NCBI GenBank assembly: GCA_002269645.1
Contig: NIVC01001980.1
Location: forward strand, 62,001 to 126,000
DNA: 64,000 nucleotides
Direction of reading: 5' to 3'
Origin: Macrostomum lignano
Taxonomy: Eukaryota
Both the position numbers and the translations under genes were made by a program. Shown one piece after another: positions 46,751 to 60,090 of the stretch. How positions within the stretch are numbered: the stretch's first letter is position 1; every line of letters starts with the position of its first letter. Below the pieces are notes generated by a model. That model had not been told where the DNA came from. It ran no database searches and saw only the letters and a list, made by a program, of their open reading frames with translations.

Positions 46751-47174
46751 TGGGATGTGGGCTTTTTGCGTCGACTGATATTTCTGAGAATCCAATATCA
46801 TGACATTTTGGGTCTTGACAAAGAATACCACAAGGCAAAGGATTGTGACACCATCAGCCGTGGTTGGAACAGATAAGCGACTATGAAGGGGAGCTCATCT
46901 GTGCTGCTGAAGGTAGATAAATCTCAACCAAATAGCATAATTGATAGCATAGGAATTATCAAAGGTATAGATCTTAAGATGGTAAATTTGATTGCAAAAT
47001 CTTTCTGAAAAATATAACGTAACCATGAGTTTTTTCTTCATTTTTTGTATAGATTATTGTGGTTGTGTTTGTTGTGTTGTGACTTCGGGCTGCTTAGCAC
47101 CTGATACTATGATTTTTCAAGTCAATCAGAATTTCTAAACTGTATTTTAGCTCTGCTTACGCCTAGACTCATTC

Positions 47175-48427
47175 TGTTACCCTTGCCACCGTGTTGGTGG
47201 TAAGGGCGTTTAAACTGCGGGGGGAGGGGCTCACTTGGCTAGGGCGGGTGCGTGCGGGGTGGCGTGTGCTGCGGGGGGCGGGGGTTGTGGGGGTGCTAGC
47301 TTGATTTCATATTTAGTCCGGTCCTCCGCTTGTTTGCTGTGCGTTCGTGTTTGCTCAGATTTTTTTGGCTGGTGGGCCATGCTGCGGGCGGCCAATCTCT
47401 GCTCTGTCAGCCGGGCAAACGTCGGCATGGCGGTGCTGATCAGCAATCTTTGCCTGGGCATCAAGGAGGCTCGGATTTCTGTTCGCCTGTCCAAGACGAA
47501 TCAATTCGGAGAGCACCACCATGTCGTTCTTCTGCCCTGCATCTGCAAGAGTGCAACTGCTCCGCTGTGTCCGCTTTGTGCGCTCCATCATCATTTCAGC
47601 CGGAATTCACTAGACATTGCACCTCCTTCGCAGCCTCTGTTCTCGACCCTGCAGTCAGCAGGAAGCTGGATGAGCTTAACTGCAGCGCATGTCCGGCGCG
47701 AGTTGTCCCAGCTTTTTCACCAGGCTGGCCTTCCGAGAAACCACTTTTCAATGCACAGCCTGTGCCAAGGCGGCGCCACCTTTGCCAGGCATTCAGGCAT
47801 TGCGATCGAGGATATCAAAGCCATTGGCGACTGGAAGAGTGATGCAGTGCATCTCTATGCAGGCCAGCAGCCGCAGGTGGCCAGCCGTGCTGTTCGTCGC
47901 ATTGGGGCTGCAGTGCAGGCTATGTTCTAACTGTTTAGCTGTCTAACTGTGTCTGTGCTGGCATTAGCTTCTCCGCTCTTTTAGTTTCCCGGTGTCTTTT
48001 CTTTTACTCCTGTCTCCGTTTCTATCCGTTCTCCAGTTTGGGTTTGGAGGTTCCGTTTTGCACCTCCCTTGTCTTGCCTCGTTCCTTTCCCCACGGTTTA
48101 ATGTTACCCTTGCCATTGTGTTGGTGGTAAGGGCGTTTAAACTGCGGGGGAGGGGCTCACTTGGCTGGGGCGGGTGTGTGCGGGGTGGCATGTGCTGCGG
48201 GGGGCGGGGGGTCGCGGGGGTGCTAGCTTGATTTCATATTTAGTCCGGTCCTCTGCTTGTTCGCCGTGCGTTCGTGTTTGCTCAGATTTTTTTTAGCTTT
48301 TTTTTCTCATTTGGCTATGAAATCTTTTGCAAGAAATAAATAATTCATTGGCTGCCTTTTTTTTGACCAGCAGAGGTTCCATTTCGCGCCATCCCTTGTC
48401 TTGCCTCGTTCCTTTCCCGCAGTTTAA
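47175..48427 (+). mobile_element. Internally deleted Ngaro-type element, second family
   Basis: A1 47175-47366, truncated YR, B1 48047-48101, A2 48102-48294, B2 48373-48427. Confidence 0.88.
47360..47930 (+). pseudogene. C-terminal half of a tyrosine recombinase with a mutated HxxR motif
   Basis: FFGWWAMLRAANL, LSKTNQFG, HSLCQGGAT, GDWKSDAVHLY. Confidence 0.85.
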
Positions 48428-51400
48428 GTCACATTTGCAAAGTTTTTCTTGTGTTAAAAGTTGCCTTTTTAATTCACGGGTCCATGTACCAACTTTAAAC
48501 AATTGTCTACACAAAAATATATGCTCACTTTTATTTCAGTGAATCATTATGTTACAAGGTAAAATAATCTTGTTACCAACTTTCTTCATCCTTGTAGTCA
48601 CCCTACCCAATTCCCCAGTCACCCTAACTGACTCCCTTGTCACTTTAACTGACTCCCCTGTCACCCTGACTCTCCTATCACTGACTTCCCTGTCACTCTG
48701 ACTCTCCTATCACTGACTCCCCTGTCACCCTGACTCCCCTGTCACCCTGACTCTCCTGTCACTGACTCTCCTGTCACCCTGACTGACTTCCCTGTCACCC
48801 TGACTGACTCTCCTGAACACTTTTGAAATCACTCTAGAATCCTTGAGATCTGTCCTAGAATCGCCCTCACACCCTCAGCAAACTGCCCTGAAGCTCTAGA
48901 CCTGAAACCCACAGGCTTGAACTTGAGTTGCAAGCAGCTGTCAGCATTTCTCCAATTTTATTGTTCAATTTTTACCAGGCAACGATTTGCCACCCTGCTA
49001 TTGGCAGTTGACGCAATTCTTGTTTTTTATATTACCACTTTTTAGACCACAAAATCAGCTTTTAAATGTCTTGTCTCACTTGCAGTTTTGTTACAGCAAT
49101 TTATGCTTACTTATTTATATTCTTTATTACTTAATTTTTGCTAATTTTGTTTGCAATATGCTCTATTTGCTACTGTGAATAAGTAGGAGGCAATTATTAT
49201 TGCTTTAATTTTTCTAGCTCCCAAGTTCAAATTGTTTGGTGCCAACACGCGCTGCTGAATTCCAAGTGTCTTTTTAATAGATATTATATTAATATTAGCC
49301 TACTCTACTGCTCAGCAGCTGCACTAAGTAGTATGCTATTCTGCAGTTAAAAAAGCCAAACTAAATATTTTCTAAATCCAGGTTTAAAATTTTGTTCCAA
49401 AGCAACCAGCTCATCAAAATAAGGAGTTGCACCAAGCTGAATTGCTCAGCTGATTCATCAAACTTTAGTGAGAAAAAAATCAAATTGTCTTGTTATTCTT
49501 TTCATTTCTTACTTTGGCCACTTCACCTATTAATTATTGATTGATTCTGAGACTGCGGCTGGTTGCAGGCAATCCATGAGTTGCTAGGGAATTGCTGCGT
49601 CTCTCATGTTGAAGATGGCCAGGCGGAAAAGAATAGAAAAGAATATCCATTTTCTATGTATATTCTTTCCATTGAATCTGCCAGGCACCTTAGTATAGCC
49701 CAGGCAGCTGAAAATGCACTTTAAAAGGTCACTCTTTAGTAGTCAATACTTTAAATAACTATCTAAAGAATATTGAAAGTTTGAATTTCAAGGCACAAAC
49801 TGTGGGAAAACTGCAGTATGCTCAATAGAAAGAGTGATTTTCACTAGTTGTGGGACGATGGAGCCAGTAAGTAGTATAGAAAAAAAGGCGAGCGAAGCGA
49901 GAATTTTTTTCTATACTGCTTACTTTTGCGAAATCGTCCCTGATAAGATGTGGGCCATATGTCATACACTAAAATGACATTTTTCAACTTTTAAACGCTG
50001 CCAATAAAAAACGGTACGACCAATTTACAAACGGTTTTTGCCAAAATGCGTCAAAGACTTGGGGCTACCAGAGCCGCAGTGTTTGGTTGCCATAGCGACG
50101 CGTTTTGGTTGCCATGGCAACCAAAAACTGCGTTTTTTCAACTTTTTCAAAAACTTTGATCTTAATTACAGCGGCAGGAAATTATGGCAGCGCTTAGCGA
50201 GTGGGCTCAGTAAGCGCGGGCATTCAAACGCTACAATGATCCGAAATGGATTTTTTGATTGTACTTTAACGTCTAGGCTAAAAGTACAAAAAACGTGTTT
50301 TTTGAGGTCGAAAATTTGGCATTTTTTTCAACTTTGCCTTACCGCAGCGAAAAGGATGCGCGATAGCGCGGCCTTTGAGCTGCCTCATAGCGTCAATAAC
50401 ACCTGGGGCTGTTTGATGCGCTATAGTTTTTAGGGCTAAAATGTACTTTTCACATGGCTGCCTATCTGCTGTTTAAAAGTACAAATTTTTAGTGCACTTT
50501 TGTGAGGCCTATGGCGTCGAGATGGAAAACTTTATTTTTGCTGTTTTGCATACCAAATAACTCAAATAGATGTCTTTTAATCGGAAACATCGAGATTTGG
50601 CCGATTGGGCCATCAATAACCTGCCCAGGTGCCAAAGAGTGCCTAAAAACGACATTTTTGAAAAATTGGGTCACGTTTTTTAAAAGTAGTCCCAAAAAAT
50701 AAGAAAGTGTTTTATGCTACAGTGTTGAGACTTTAACACAATGTGTCAAACATATGAAAATTTGTTTTCCTGAATTTTCTAAGCATTTGGACCTACCTGT
50801 GCGGAGCAGTGACCCGGAAACCGGGGAAAAAAGAGGCCGGGGGCTCTGCAGAAAATCAGACGTTGTTAAGAAAAATTTTTTAAAATGGGGCGAATTTTTT
50901 CGAGTGTAGTGTCAAATTGTAGCCCATCGGATGCCCTTTTGAATGACATAAGACACTCCTGAAAAAACCCCTGTTAACAGGTACTTTTTACCTGTTAAGT
51001 GAAAAACGGCCCATTTGGGGGTACAAACTTTGGAGTGGAAAAATAAGAAATTTTGCGCACCGATTTTTCTGCATTTTCAATATTGTTTAGTCGAATAGCT
51101 AAAGTTTCACCGGTCATACGCCAATATGGCTGGAAAATTCGTATTTTTGAGAAAATTGGCTCCAAATTTTGAGTAGGCCATTTTCGGGCAAATTTTGAGC
51201 ATACTTTTGCTAATAACTCTGCATTGGCGAGACCTAGAGACTCAAGTTTGGTGTCTAAAAACAGCACTATGGATGCATTATGCAGCTAAATCAGTTTTGA
51301 AAACTGATTCTTAGGTTAACAGGTCTTAATACCTGTTTGATTACCTGTCAGAACAGGTGAAAATTAATATTTTGGTGCCTAGCAGCCGAAAAATTTGTTG

Positions 51401-51591
51401 ACATAATTTGAAAATGCATTGGATGAATGCGCCTTGATGTTATCTCTGTAACGACATGCGACTCGTATTTTTAGGTAGAAGTGTTGCGATGCAACGAGCA
51501 GAAATGTATGAAAAAGCAGCAAAAATGGTAGAAATGGCTGTTATTAGCGATATTCGATATAAAATACGTGTACTATAGGCCAACTTAGTAA

Positions 51592-51664
51592 GCAATTTGT
51601 GGCTCAGTGGCAGAGTTAGTTTCCATATAATTGAGTCCTGCAGGGTTCGATTCCCAAGAGATCC
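51592..51664 (+). pseudogene. tRNA-like sequence (SINE head or tRNA pseudogene)
   Basis: A box tggctcagtggcag and B box ggttcgattccc. Acceptor and anticodon stems do not pair well. Confidence 0.45.
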
Positions 51665-51970
51665 AAAAAATTTTTAGTTTAAAGTTCTTTTAGAGCAAAC
51701 AGATTTTTAGTATTTTTATTTCTCTAACTATTATGTTTTTTATACAATTAAATTACATTTATTTAAATTTATTTTTCTTTTTATACGTATTTAAAGAGTA
51801 ACAGAGAATCTTTTAGTGCGGCACATATGATTGTTAGTGCAAAAGTATATTACGATACATGTCGGCAAGCAAGTATTTGATGTCTGGTCGTTTGAAGGCT
51901 AGAATATAGTTGTAACATATTACAAAGACGTGTTTAGATGTGGGAAAAGTTCTCGAGGGGTGGTGGAGCG

Positions 51971-54900
51971 GTGGGGGAGCCAGCCCCCCTTTACCACTAG
52001 ACTAACTAATGCCAGGGGCGTGGGGGCGGCCAGCCCCCACTATACCACTTAGACTAACTAATGCCAGGGGCGTGGGGGCGGCCAGCCCCCCACTATACCA
52101 CTAGACTAACTAATGCCAGGGGCGTGGGGGGCGCCAGCCCCCCACTATACCACTAGACTAACTAATGCCAGGGGCGTGGGGGGCGGCTAGCCCCCACTAT
52201 ACCACTAAACCACTAGACTAACTAATGCCAGGGGCGTGGGGGCGGCCAGCCCCCCACTATACCACAAGACTAACTAATGCCAGGGGCGTGGGGGCGGCCA
52301 GCCCCCACTATACCACTAGACTAACTAATGCCAGGGGCGTGGGGGGCGGCCAGCCCCCACTATACCACTATACCACTAGACTAACTAATGCCAGGGGCGT
52401 GGGGGCGGCTAGCCCCCCACTATACCACTAGACTAACTAATGCCAGGGGCGTGGGGGGCGGCCAGCCCCCCACTATACTACTAGACTAACTAATGCCAGG
52501 GGCGTGGGGTGCGGCGAGCCCCCCACTATACCACTAGACTAATAAATGCCAGAGGCGTGGGGGCGGCCAGCCCCCACTATACCACTAGACTAACTAATGC
52601 CAGGGGCGTGGGGGCGGCGAGCCCCCTACTATACCACTAGACTAATAAATGCCAGGGGCGTGGGGGGCGGCCAGCCCCCCACTATACCACTAGACTAATA
52701 AATGCCAGGGGCGTGGGGGCGGCCAGCCCCCACTATACCACTAGACTAACTAATGCCAGGGGCGTGGGGGCGGCCAGCCCCCTACTATACCACTAGACTA
52801 ACTAATGCCAGGGGCGTGGGGGGCGGCCAGCCCCCCAATATACCACTATACCACTAGACTAACTAATGCCAGGGGCGTGGGGGGCGGCTAGCCCCCACTA
52901 TACCACTTAGACTAACTAATGCCAGGGGCGTGGGGGGCGGCCAGCCCCCACTATACTACTAGACTAACTAATGCCAGGGGCGTGGGGGCGGCCAGCCCCC
53001 CACTATACCACTAGACTAACTAATGCCAGGGGCGTGGGGGGCGAGCCCCCACTATACCACTAGACTAATAAATGCCAGGGGCGTGGGGGGCGGCCAGCCC
53101 CCACTATACCACTAGACTAATAAATGCCAGGGGCGTGGGGGGCGGCCAGCCCCCCACTATACCACTAGACTAATAAATGCCAGGGGCGTGGGGGGCGGCC
53201 AGCCCCCCACTATACCACTAGACTAACTAATGCCAGGGGCGTGGGGGCGGCCAGCCCCCACTATACCACTAGACTAACTAATGCCAGGGGCGTGGGGGCG
53301 GCCAGCCCCCCCACTATACCACTAGACTAACTAATGCCAGGGGCGTGGGGGCGGCCAGCCCCCCACTATACCACTAGACTAACTAATGCCAGGGGCGTGG
53401 GGGCGGCCAGCCCCCCACTATACTACTAGACTAACTAATGCCAGGGGCGTGGGGCGGCGAGCCCCCCACTATACCACTAGACTAACTAATGCCAGGGGCG
53501 TGGGGGGCGGCCAGCCCCCTACTATACCACTAGACTAACTAATGCCAGGGGCGTGGGGGCGGCCAGCCCCCCACTATACCACTATACCACTAGACTAACT
53601 AATGCCAGGGGCGTGGGGGGCGGCCAGCCCCCACTATACCACGTAGACTAACTAATGCCAGGGGCGTGGGGGCGGCCAGCCCCACTATACCACTAGACTA
53701 ACTAATGCCAGGGGCGTGGGGGGCGGCCAGCCCCCTACTATACCACTAGACTAACTAATGCCAGGGGCGTGGGGGGCGGCTAGCCCCCACTATACCACTA
53801 GACTAACTAATGCCAGGGGCGTGGGGGCGGCCAGCCCCCACTATACCACTATACCACTAGACTAACTAATGCCAGGGGCGTGGGGGGCGGCTAGCCCCCC
53901 ACTATACCACTATACCACTAGACTAACTAATGCCAGGGGCGTGGGGGGCGGCCAGCCCCCCACTATACCACTAGACTAACTAATGCCAGGGGCGTGGGGG
54001 GCGGCTAGCCCCCCACTATACCACTAGACTAACTAATGCCAGGGGCGTGGGGGGCGGCCAGCCCCCACTATACCACTAGACTAATAAATGCCAGGGGCGT
54101 GGGGGCGGCCAGCCCCCCACTATACCACTAGACTAACTAATGCCAGGGGCGTGGGGGCGGCTAGCCCCCCACTATACCACTATACCACTAGACTAACTAA
54201 TGCCAGGGACGTGGGGGGCGGCCAGCCCCCCACTATACCACTAGACTAACTAATGCCAGGGGCGTGGGGGGCAGCCAGCCCCCCACTATACCACTAGACT
54301 AACTAATGCCAGGGGCGTGGGGGGCGGCTAGCCCCCACTATACCACTAGACTAACTAATGCCAGGGGCGTGGGGGGCGGCCAGCCCCCCACTATACTACT
54401 AGACTAACTAATGCCAGGGGCGTGGGGTGCGGCGAGCCCCCACTATACCACTAGACTAATAAATGCCAGAGGCGTGGGGGGCGGCCAGCCTCCCACTATA
54501 CCACTAGACTAACTAATGCCAGGGGCGTGGGGGCGGCGAGCCCCCTACTATACCACTAGACTAATAAATGCCAGGGGCGTGGGGGGCGGCCAGCCCCCCA
54601 CTATACCACTAGACTAATAAATGCCAGGGGCGTGGGGGCGGCCAGCCCCCCACTATACCACTAGACTAACTAATGCCAGGGGCGTGGGGGCGGCCAGCCC
54701 CCTACTATACCACTAGACTAACTAATGCCAGGGGCGTGGGGGGCGGCCAGCCCCCCAATATACCACTATACCACTAGACTAACTAATGCCAGGGGCGTGG
54801 GGGCGGCCAGCCCCCACTATACCACTTAGACTAACTAATGCCAGGGGCGTGGGGGCGGCCAGCCCCCACTATACTACTAGACTAACTAATGCCAGGGGCG

Positions 54901-56423
54901 TGGGGGCGGCCAGCCCCCACTATACCACTAGACTAACTAATGCCAGGGGCGTGGGGGTGGCGAGCCCCCTACTATACCACTAGACTAATAAATGCCAGGG
55001 GCGTGGGGGGCGGCCAGCCCCCCACTATACCACTAGACTAATAAATGCCAGGGGCGTGGGGGGCAGCCAGCCCCACTATACCACTAGACTAATAAATGCC
55101 AGGGGCGTGGGGGGCGGCCAGCCCCCACTATACCACTAGACTAACTAATGCCAGGGGCGTGGGGGCGGCCAGCCCCTACTATACCACTAGACTAACTAAT
55201 GCCAGGGGCGTGGGGGCGGCCAGCCCCCAATATACCACTATACCACTAGACTAACTAATGCCAGGGCGTGGGGGGCGGCCAGCCCCCACTATACCACTTA
55301 GACTAACTAATGCCAGGGGCGTGGGGGGCGGCCAGCCCCCCACTATACTACTAGACTAACTAATGCCAGGGGCGTGGGGTGCGGCGAGCCCCCCACTATA
55401 CCACTAGACTAACTAATGCCAGGGGCGTGGGGGGCGGCCAGCCCCCTACTATACCACTAGACTAACTAATGCCAGGGGCGTGGGGGGGCGGCCAGCCCCC
55501 CACTATACCACTATACCACTAGACTAACTAATGCCAGGGGCGTGGGGGGCGGCCAGCCCCCCACTATACCACGTAGACTAACTAATGCCAGGGGCGTGGG
55601 GGGCGGCAGCCCCCCACTATACCACTAGACTAACTAATGCCAGGGCGTGGGGGGCGGCCAGCCCCCTACTATACCACTAGACTAACTAATGCCAGGGGCG
55701 TGGGGGCGGCTAGCCCCACCACTATACCACTAGACTAACTAATGCCAGGGGCGTGGGGGGCGGCCAGCCCCCCACTATACCACTATACCACTAGACTAAC
55801 TAATGCCAGGGGCGTGGGGGCGGCTAGCCCCCCACTATACCACTATACCCACTAGACTAACTAATGCCAGGGGCGTGGGGGGCGGCCAGCCCCCCACTAT
55901 ACCACTAGACTAACTAATGCCAGGGGCGTGGGGGGGCGGCTAGCCCCCCACTATACCACTAGACTAACTAATGCCAGGGGCGTGGGGGGCGGCCAGCCCC
56001 CCACTATACCACTAGACTAATAAATGCCAGGGGCGTGGGGGCGGCCAGCCCCCCACTATACCACTAGACTAACTAATGCCAGGGGCGTGGGGGCGGCTAG
56101 CCCCCCACTATACCACTATACCACTAGACTAACTAATGCCAGGGACGTGGGGGGCGGCCAGCCCCCCATATAACCACTAGACTAACTAATGCCAGGGGCG
56201 TGGGGGCAGCCAGCCCCCCACTATACCACTAGACTAACTAATGCCAGGGGCGTGGGGGGTGGCCAGCCCCCCAGTATACCACTTAGAATAACTAATGCCA
56301 GGGGCGTGGGGGGCGGCCAGCCCCCCACTTTACCACTAGACTAACTAATGCCAGGGGCGTGGGGGGCGGCCAGCCCCCCACTATACCACTAGACTAACTA
56401 ATGCCAGGGGCGTGGGGGGGGGG
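51971..56423. repeat. ~51-bp GC-rich satellite ACCACTAGACTAACTAATGCCAGGGGCGTGGGGGCGGCCAGCCCCCACTAT, about 85 copies
   Basis: Tandem array with variable G/C runs. Confidence 0.97.
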
Positions 56424-57170
56424 CTTTTTAGCTCTCAATTTAGGTTAAATAAATAGATGTCATAGCCATAAACAATAATGGACACAATATATACCCATCG
56501 TCCCACCTTTGAAGACGACAGCGTCTTCATTCACTAGTTATACACTGCACAGATAGACTAGGATATAAGGTGATTGGCTTCGATCTTGAGACACCTAAGT
56601 ATTATGTGGAGACGTAAAAGTTTGTAGGCACATGTTAGAGTAGATATAGTCTATATTCATGTTGGTTTGATCAGAAAAAGAATATCCTACTCTGAGATGC
56701 AACACTCTGAAAAAGGGGTAATTTTCACCCCAATTACATTATGGATATAGGAGCTTATTTCTAGTCAATGCTAGCACCGAAAGCAGGCACTTCTAGAGCT
56801 GATGATGTGAATTTTCATCATCTCTACGATTATCTAGGAAGACGAAAATGCAAAATTCATTGAAAAAGGGCAAATTAAGTGCTTTTGAAAATCAGTTAAC
56901 ATGCCCTACCACCCATGTTCTATAAATGCCATTAGGGCATCCAACTGGCATGAGCTTGTGCCATGTAAGCATCATGGGGAAGCTATAGGACCCAATTTTT
57001 AAGGGTCAGGATCTTAATCTCATGAGAATCTAATTTCTAGGAATCCTAAGATCTAAGGATTGGGATTCTATCCAATTTTTAGCTTATATAGTATTGCCAA
57101 TAGCAGATCTATATTTCTGTATTAATCTCAAATAAGTAAAAAAATATTAGCTTTCTTAGTTAGTGCTAAG

Positions 57171-57744
57171 CCAGTGTGCGGATCAGTACCCGTGTACGCC
57201 GGAAAAAATTCGGGCGTCAAGGACTTTGTACGCCAGTGTATGCCAAAAACAAAAAGTTGCACTAAATGTACACCAAAAATTCCTAAAAAAAGGTCATTCG
57301 GTTTTCACGAGTAGAGTTTTCTAGGAAATGCTTTGGTATGAAAAGTGTCTTTAAAATATTACGAATTTTTTTCAGTTTAAACAAACTTAAATACTACCTA
57401 CAAAAAATATTATGAAAAATTAATACTTTCAGCAAAATTTTACACTAATTTTATTTTTTTAACTTAAAATAAGCAAAAAGTTTATCATTGACGATATAAA
57501 TTTTCCTTTACTTTACGTAAAAACGTTAATTTACTTTACAATTTTCATGCACGGCATGAATTTATTCACCAAAATTTGTACGCCAAAAAAGTATGCGTGG
57601 CTGTGTTACTTGTGTACGCCAATAGTGTACGCCAACAAAGTGCACCAGGGGTTGTGTACGCCGATTGTGTACGCCAAGGACTTAGGGTGGCCGTTTTGTA
57701 CGCCGGAAAAGTTCCGGCGTACATGCATACCATCCGCAACCTGG
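57171..57744. mobile_element. hAT-like MITE with 8-bp TSD
   Basis: TIRs ccagtgtgcggat / atccgcaacctgg. TSD GTGCTAAG at 57163-57170 and 57745-57752. Many subterminal tgtacgcc motifs. Confidence 0.85.
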
Positions 57745-58257
57745 GTGCTAAGCATTTTGTCTTTCTAAAATTATATATTGTTGGAATTCATAAAATCCTA
57801 TAAAAGGGAAAAGCTCTTTGGCAATTTTATAGTTTATTTTGCATATTTATCTTTAGTTTAAGTTTGAATTTGTACCTAGTTTGAATTACCATTGTAATTT
57901 TCATTCATATTATAATTTATGGCCAGAAGTAATTTAAAAGAGAAACAACTTTACCTGATAAGGTCGGGTATTTCCAGCTGCTATTATCTTATTTATATTC
58001 TAAGCTTTGATTAATTATCCTATATAACAGTTTTCATGACCAGACTTAGTCAAAGTTATTATTATAGTTATGTTTTGTAAACTGCCTATTTAACTTGAAC
58101 TTCATTCCTATAAACTAGGCCTACTTATAATGATGCATATATTTTACCAAAATTAATTTTAGCAAATGTACATTTTGGCAAATACAAGTCTAATAATATA
58201 TGTGGAATTATAATTGTTATGACTGTTGCCCCTTTGACTATCACCCTTTTAATCATA

Positions 58258-58429
58258 CATACGCAACTTTGGGAATCACCTGGCTGTTTCTATTGGCAAT
58301 ACACACATGTAAGTCACTATTGGCTGATACCAGTCACGTGACTACTTTTCCATCCAATAGCGACTTACATGTGTGTGTGTGTTGGCAATAGAAATGGCCG
58401 AGTGAATCCCAAGGTTGCGCCCAAGCATG
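58258..58429. mobile_element. Palindromic MITE (same family as 709-882)
   Basis: Same hairpin arms, opposite orientation. Confidence 0.75.
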
Positions 58430-59012
58430 CTTTTAATTGTTGCCCTTTTGATCTGTCACCATTTTGATCAGTTCCTATATATACACATGTAGTACCCTAA
58501 ACTAAGATAAATGGTCTTATTTAATTAGGAACTACCATTATTACTAATACTTATTTTATTTTATAGGCCCCTACTGTATATTATAGAATATAGTCAGCTA
58601 GGCCTATAGATAGTATAGCTAAATCTTGAAAGAGTAAGAAGGCCAGATAATAGTATTCTTAGGGCCTAGTAGGCCTAGGCCTAAGTAAACAACAGCCAAA
58701 TTGCTCTTTGAAAGGACCAAAATTACTTGATGATTTCTACAAATAAAAACCTTATTGCTATAAGAACTCAAAAGTTTTGTATATCCATATAAGTCTTGGA
58801 CAATCTTAACTGCTAACTCTAGTAACCGCTGCTATTGGAATGGCACGCATTTTCGAAAACGTGCATTGAAATTAAATGCTTTGCATACGAAAAATTTGTC
58901 ATTTGACATTGACACAATGGAATGGGCCTTTTCATATTAGGCCTACCAATTCCAGAACCAGAATCAGTTTGGAATTCCAAGAAAAACAGCAGTATAACTA
59001 TTTAACTCTGTT

Positions 59013-59450
59013 AATATACCTTTTTGCAATCAATTTTGTCATTTCTGCGTTCAATTTCGGTGTGAGCGCTAGTGTGCAGTCCAAACAACTGAGCCATAGA
59101 CACTGGGCAACTTTTGCGTTCAAATTCGGCCTTTTTGCGTCCTATTTCGGCAGCGCAATCACATGGGCCGCACTGTGGGCACAGTTCGATGTTTTTGCCA
59201 TAGACACTTTCTCACTCGATCGCATTCAGTGAGGGTGGACGAAAATTTGTCTCCTAAAGCAGGCCTATAGTCGTCTCCGCAAGTATGTTTGATGCCGTAA
59301 GCTGCCGAAATAGGACGCAAAAAGGCCGAATTTGAACGCAAAAGTTGCCCAGTGTCTATGGCTCAGTTGTTTAGACTGCACAGCACACCACTAGCGCTCG
59401 CGCCGAAATTGAACGCAAAAACGACGAAATTGATTGCAAAAAGGTATATT
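59013..59450. mobile_element. Foldback element with ~145-bp TIRs
   Basis: 59013-59155 mirrors 59301-59450. No TSD identified. Confidence 0.75.
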
Positions 59451-59724
59451 TGACTGCCTTAACAACCTCACTAAGTACAATTTTTCACTTTCTTTTTGGC
59501 GATTTTCATTCAATAATAAAAATTTTATAGCACGTATCTCCCTTTAGCTATGGAGACAAAAAGTTATACTTCACAAGAAAAGGCCCAATGTATCTGCTCA
59601 ATGTATTTATATACACCAGGACAATAAACTTAAAGTTTAAATAAAAGATAAAAAAATAAGAAAATGAACAAATAATAAACGCTAAAACCTTTAACTTTAT
59701 CGTCTATACTTAGGTAACTGACAT

Positions 59725-60090
59725 TCGCTTTGTTATTGTTTCTCGTTTCCGGCAGTCTAAGTTCACATTACGATATACGGTAAGATGCATTGGGGACCAG
59801 CAGTGTCAAGTTGTAGTTTACCGCTAGTCAAAAATATTGAGTAGTTACTGAGATATCGATGCTTTAATTTGGGTGAATTTCCAGTGCTCTTCAAATTAGC
59901 GTAAAACTTTTTAGTCCAGTCCACGGGGCCGCTTGACTAGTCAAGCTCAATCCACTCCACGGCTCAGCCTGAATGCATTTTTAGTCCAGTCCACGGGGCC
60001 GCTTGACTAGTCTAGCTCAATCCACTCCACGGCTGTGTGGATCCACCTGACTGGTCGGGTAATTTTTCTGTAGTGGACTATCCGACTAGT
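59725..60090 (-). repeat. Interspersed repeat, inverted copy of 43590-44055
   Basis: Same shared segments as the 43590-44055 copy. Confidence 0.8.

Noticed and set aside
49950-51590. Probable non-autonomous transposon body
   Set aside because: Repeated cctgttaacagg motifs are suggestive, but no termini, TSD or second copy are visible in the window.
56775-56830. Hammerhead ribozyme candidate (GAAA...CTGATGA)
   Set aside because: Stems I and III cannot form around the core.
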